The notes under the pieces are model-generated. The model did not search any database and was not told the origin of the DNA. It saw only the letters and a list, made by a program, of their open reading frames with translations. A stretch of 64,000 nucleotides of DNA from Laetmonice hystrix (Eukaryota): positions 8,990,001-9,054,000 of the forward strand of contig OZ249438.1 in the NCBI GenBank assembly GCA_965235115.1. The letters are read 5' to 3'. The first letter of the stretch is position 1, and each line of letters begins with the position of its first letter. The translations under genes were made by a program, and so were the position numbers. Below are positions 61,451 to 64,000 of this stretch, piece after piece.

Positions 61451-64000
61451 GTTTCTGTACGTAGTGTTATTTATTTATTTATTTTCAAAACTTCGACTGA
61501 CAGGTAGCGCCACTAAGTGAAGCCAAAGGTCATTTATCCAAATAAAGAATAAAAGATTTTACAGTAAGAACTTTCTGATAACATCAAGTTCACCTATATT
61601 AGAATGTTAAACAAGGCTGATAGGGGTTTGTGGGAGGACCACTGTCAGAGTTAGCTCAGATCAGGGCATAAGGAGTCTAGTACAGTTTAGTTTTTATTTT
61701 CTTTGAAAGGACTGTGGTGATTACCGGGGTATTGAGATATAAAACGCCCAGAATAGTGAGACCGATGCGTGGCGGCATCATTTACCAAACTAGTTTTGAG
61801 AGTTTTTGTGCTTTTCTTTTTAGCTGTAAAGGCCTAAAAAAACTGTTCCGCCCTTACTAGTAGAGGGACCTCGCAGGAAAGATAAGTTTTTTTTCCCTCA
61901 AGAACCCCCCCCCCCCCCAACACTCCCAATTATATGTCTTAGAATTAAGATAAATCTAGTAGGGGGGCAAAATAAAGGAAAATCGCAGCAATGTCTCGTG
62001 TCGAAGGAATAGTAGTAAAAGGAGTTTATTTAGATTTTAGTGTTCATTTTAAACTGTTAAAGGTGTCATACAAGTATAACATTGTCAGTGAATAGTGAAG
62101 CTGCATTGTCGGTGAATAGTGAAGTGTATGTTCAGTGAGTCACTGAAGAGGCCTTTGGGAGCTAAGTAATTATGGAATATAATTAATGTTGAGGCACTGA
62201 AGAAATTAAAGTTGGGTGAAGTAGTTGGGAAGTACCCGTTATAGCGTTTTGTTGCCTTTCATGATGGAGAGTCTACCCTCAGTTTAATATATTGTTTGAG
62301 ATTATCAGTCCGTAAATACTCCATGGATTTATTTGAAGCCTTCCGTTTGTGCACACACTCACTTATAATTCTATTGGTCTCGATAGTGATTGACGGGTTC
62401 ATACCATCAGCTGTGTCACAAACATACTACATATCTGTTTTAGTACAGGTGGAATCTATTGATAAAAATAATGGTAAATTCTGTTAAAAGGGAGAATTTT
62501 AGGCCAGTAAGTATGGCCACCAGAGAATTCGAAGGGCGAACAGGTTGGGGAAACTTTTAATTATCATATTTCAGTGTTATACATTTCTTAAGGATAACCA
62601 TTAAATCAACGCGGATATCCAGCGATGGTTTTTTAAAGGTAGCCCTGGATAGCCGATTCCTGTCATCCAGCACCCGGGTTGAGTTGATTAAATTTTTGGG
62701 CAGGTCGAGTATTCCACAGACGAAGAAACGAAAAAGAAACGAAAAAGGCCCAAGGTCTCCCTTTTGGAAAAAAAATACATAAAAAGACAAAGAAAGTGTG
62801 GTTAGAGAAACCATTTGCATTGGATTTATTGCTACTGTTCATATTATTCGATGGCTGGATGTAGCCCCCCCCCCCCCCCAGTTGCAAAATTCTGGATCGG
62901 CCCCTGTATGGTGACACTGGTCATGGTAGCACTCTAACCAGGCGTCTGTTTCTAGAATGACCGGACCAGGACACACAGACATTACGCATCGACAAAGCTG
63001 GTGGAAATGGTTAAAAAATAGATCAAGGTTAGATCCAAGTTTCTGTTATTCTTGTACTGCAACATGAACAATTCGTATATTTCTGGAATTAGGCTGCTTT
63101 GTATGTGAAAGTTGTGGTAAAAATAGAATCGGCGACAAGCCGGGTTAGGTGAGCTAGATGTAGATATGTAGGGATATAGAGAAAAAAAGCAGTTTAATCG
63201 GTGTACATAGGTATAGAATAAAATAGCAAAAGACAAGGTGCAAGACGGACATTGACAGGTCATGTGATGTATTGATTGATATACATCATGATATATATCC
63301 ATGTACCTTGAGGTGAGATCATCTTCAGCCGTGAAATCTCATGACGTAGTTGGTCTGACGTAGGATAAGTAACACATACCAGTCAGTAGCGTATATAGTA
63401 AGTACAGCAGAGGTAAATCACCAGCTAATGTTGAATTTTGAGCATTACACAAACATAGAACGTATGAAGATAGTCAGGTGTCAGTACGATAGTATAGGTC
63501 ATGCTTTGTAAGCCAGTCAGTTTTTGGGTTTTCTTCATTCTTGTGAAGGTAATTGGATGAGCTTGATCGAGTACTTTTAGAACTTTGATTTCTGCTAGAT
63601 TCTTGCACTGTAAGGACATAGAAGCTGAATGAAATGGTGTTAAAGGTTTTCTGATTGTAGTTTGTGGATTTATGCATTTCCTTTTTCTTTGTGTTTTTGT
63701 TGTTCATCGTTATTAGTCACCTTCTTTTCCCTCCTTGCCATGTTTGTAAACCTCTTGCTGACGTCTTAAAACTAATAATCTACACAACTTCACACAATTA
63801 AAAAAAAATACGACTTGAATTAAACAGTGGCACTATTTCACAAAATTATTATGTACATGCAACCCAGACAGCACAATGAATTTTTCAGTTATGGTCGAAT
63901 TTCTGTTGTCCTACTGGTGGCTCTGTGATTGAAGACCAAACGTCTGAAAACGTTCTACGGAAAGTTGAGCCAGTGAGGGTGTGCTATGTGGGAACATGCT

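Overview
Eukaryotic (animal) genomic DNA, probably a marine invertebrate; the species cannot be fixed from sequence alone. It is not prokaryotic and has no CRISPR/cas. Two intron-rich genes lie on the + strand. (1) The 3' part of a canonical nuclear poly(A) polymerase (PAPOLA/G-like): 12 coding exons from 1 to 8556, all GT-AG and phase-consistent, ending ...AIKLKLNR*. One of its introns carries a pogo/Tigger-like transposon with a hAT-like element nested inside. (2) The 5' part of an R7-family RGS gene (RGS7/RGS6/EGL-10-like): ATG at 17277, exons to 60677, continuing beyond the window, with 25-kb and 11-kb introns. The best-supported unusual feature is a tandem pair of homologous 52-nt RGS exons (58891-58942 and 59027-59078) that must be mutually exclusive, with an RBFOX motif between them. 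The RGS introns also hold several MITEs (some with 5-bp TSDs), an 18 x 95-bp array in which every unit carries a 12-13-bp hairpin, a TAATCC-rich minisatellite, a G-rich 18-mer array, a 37/47-bp array with a 299-bp higher-order repeat, a CRE cluster and a TATA/E-box/CCAAT promoter-like site. Almost all ORFs in the supplied track are spurious or are exon fragments.
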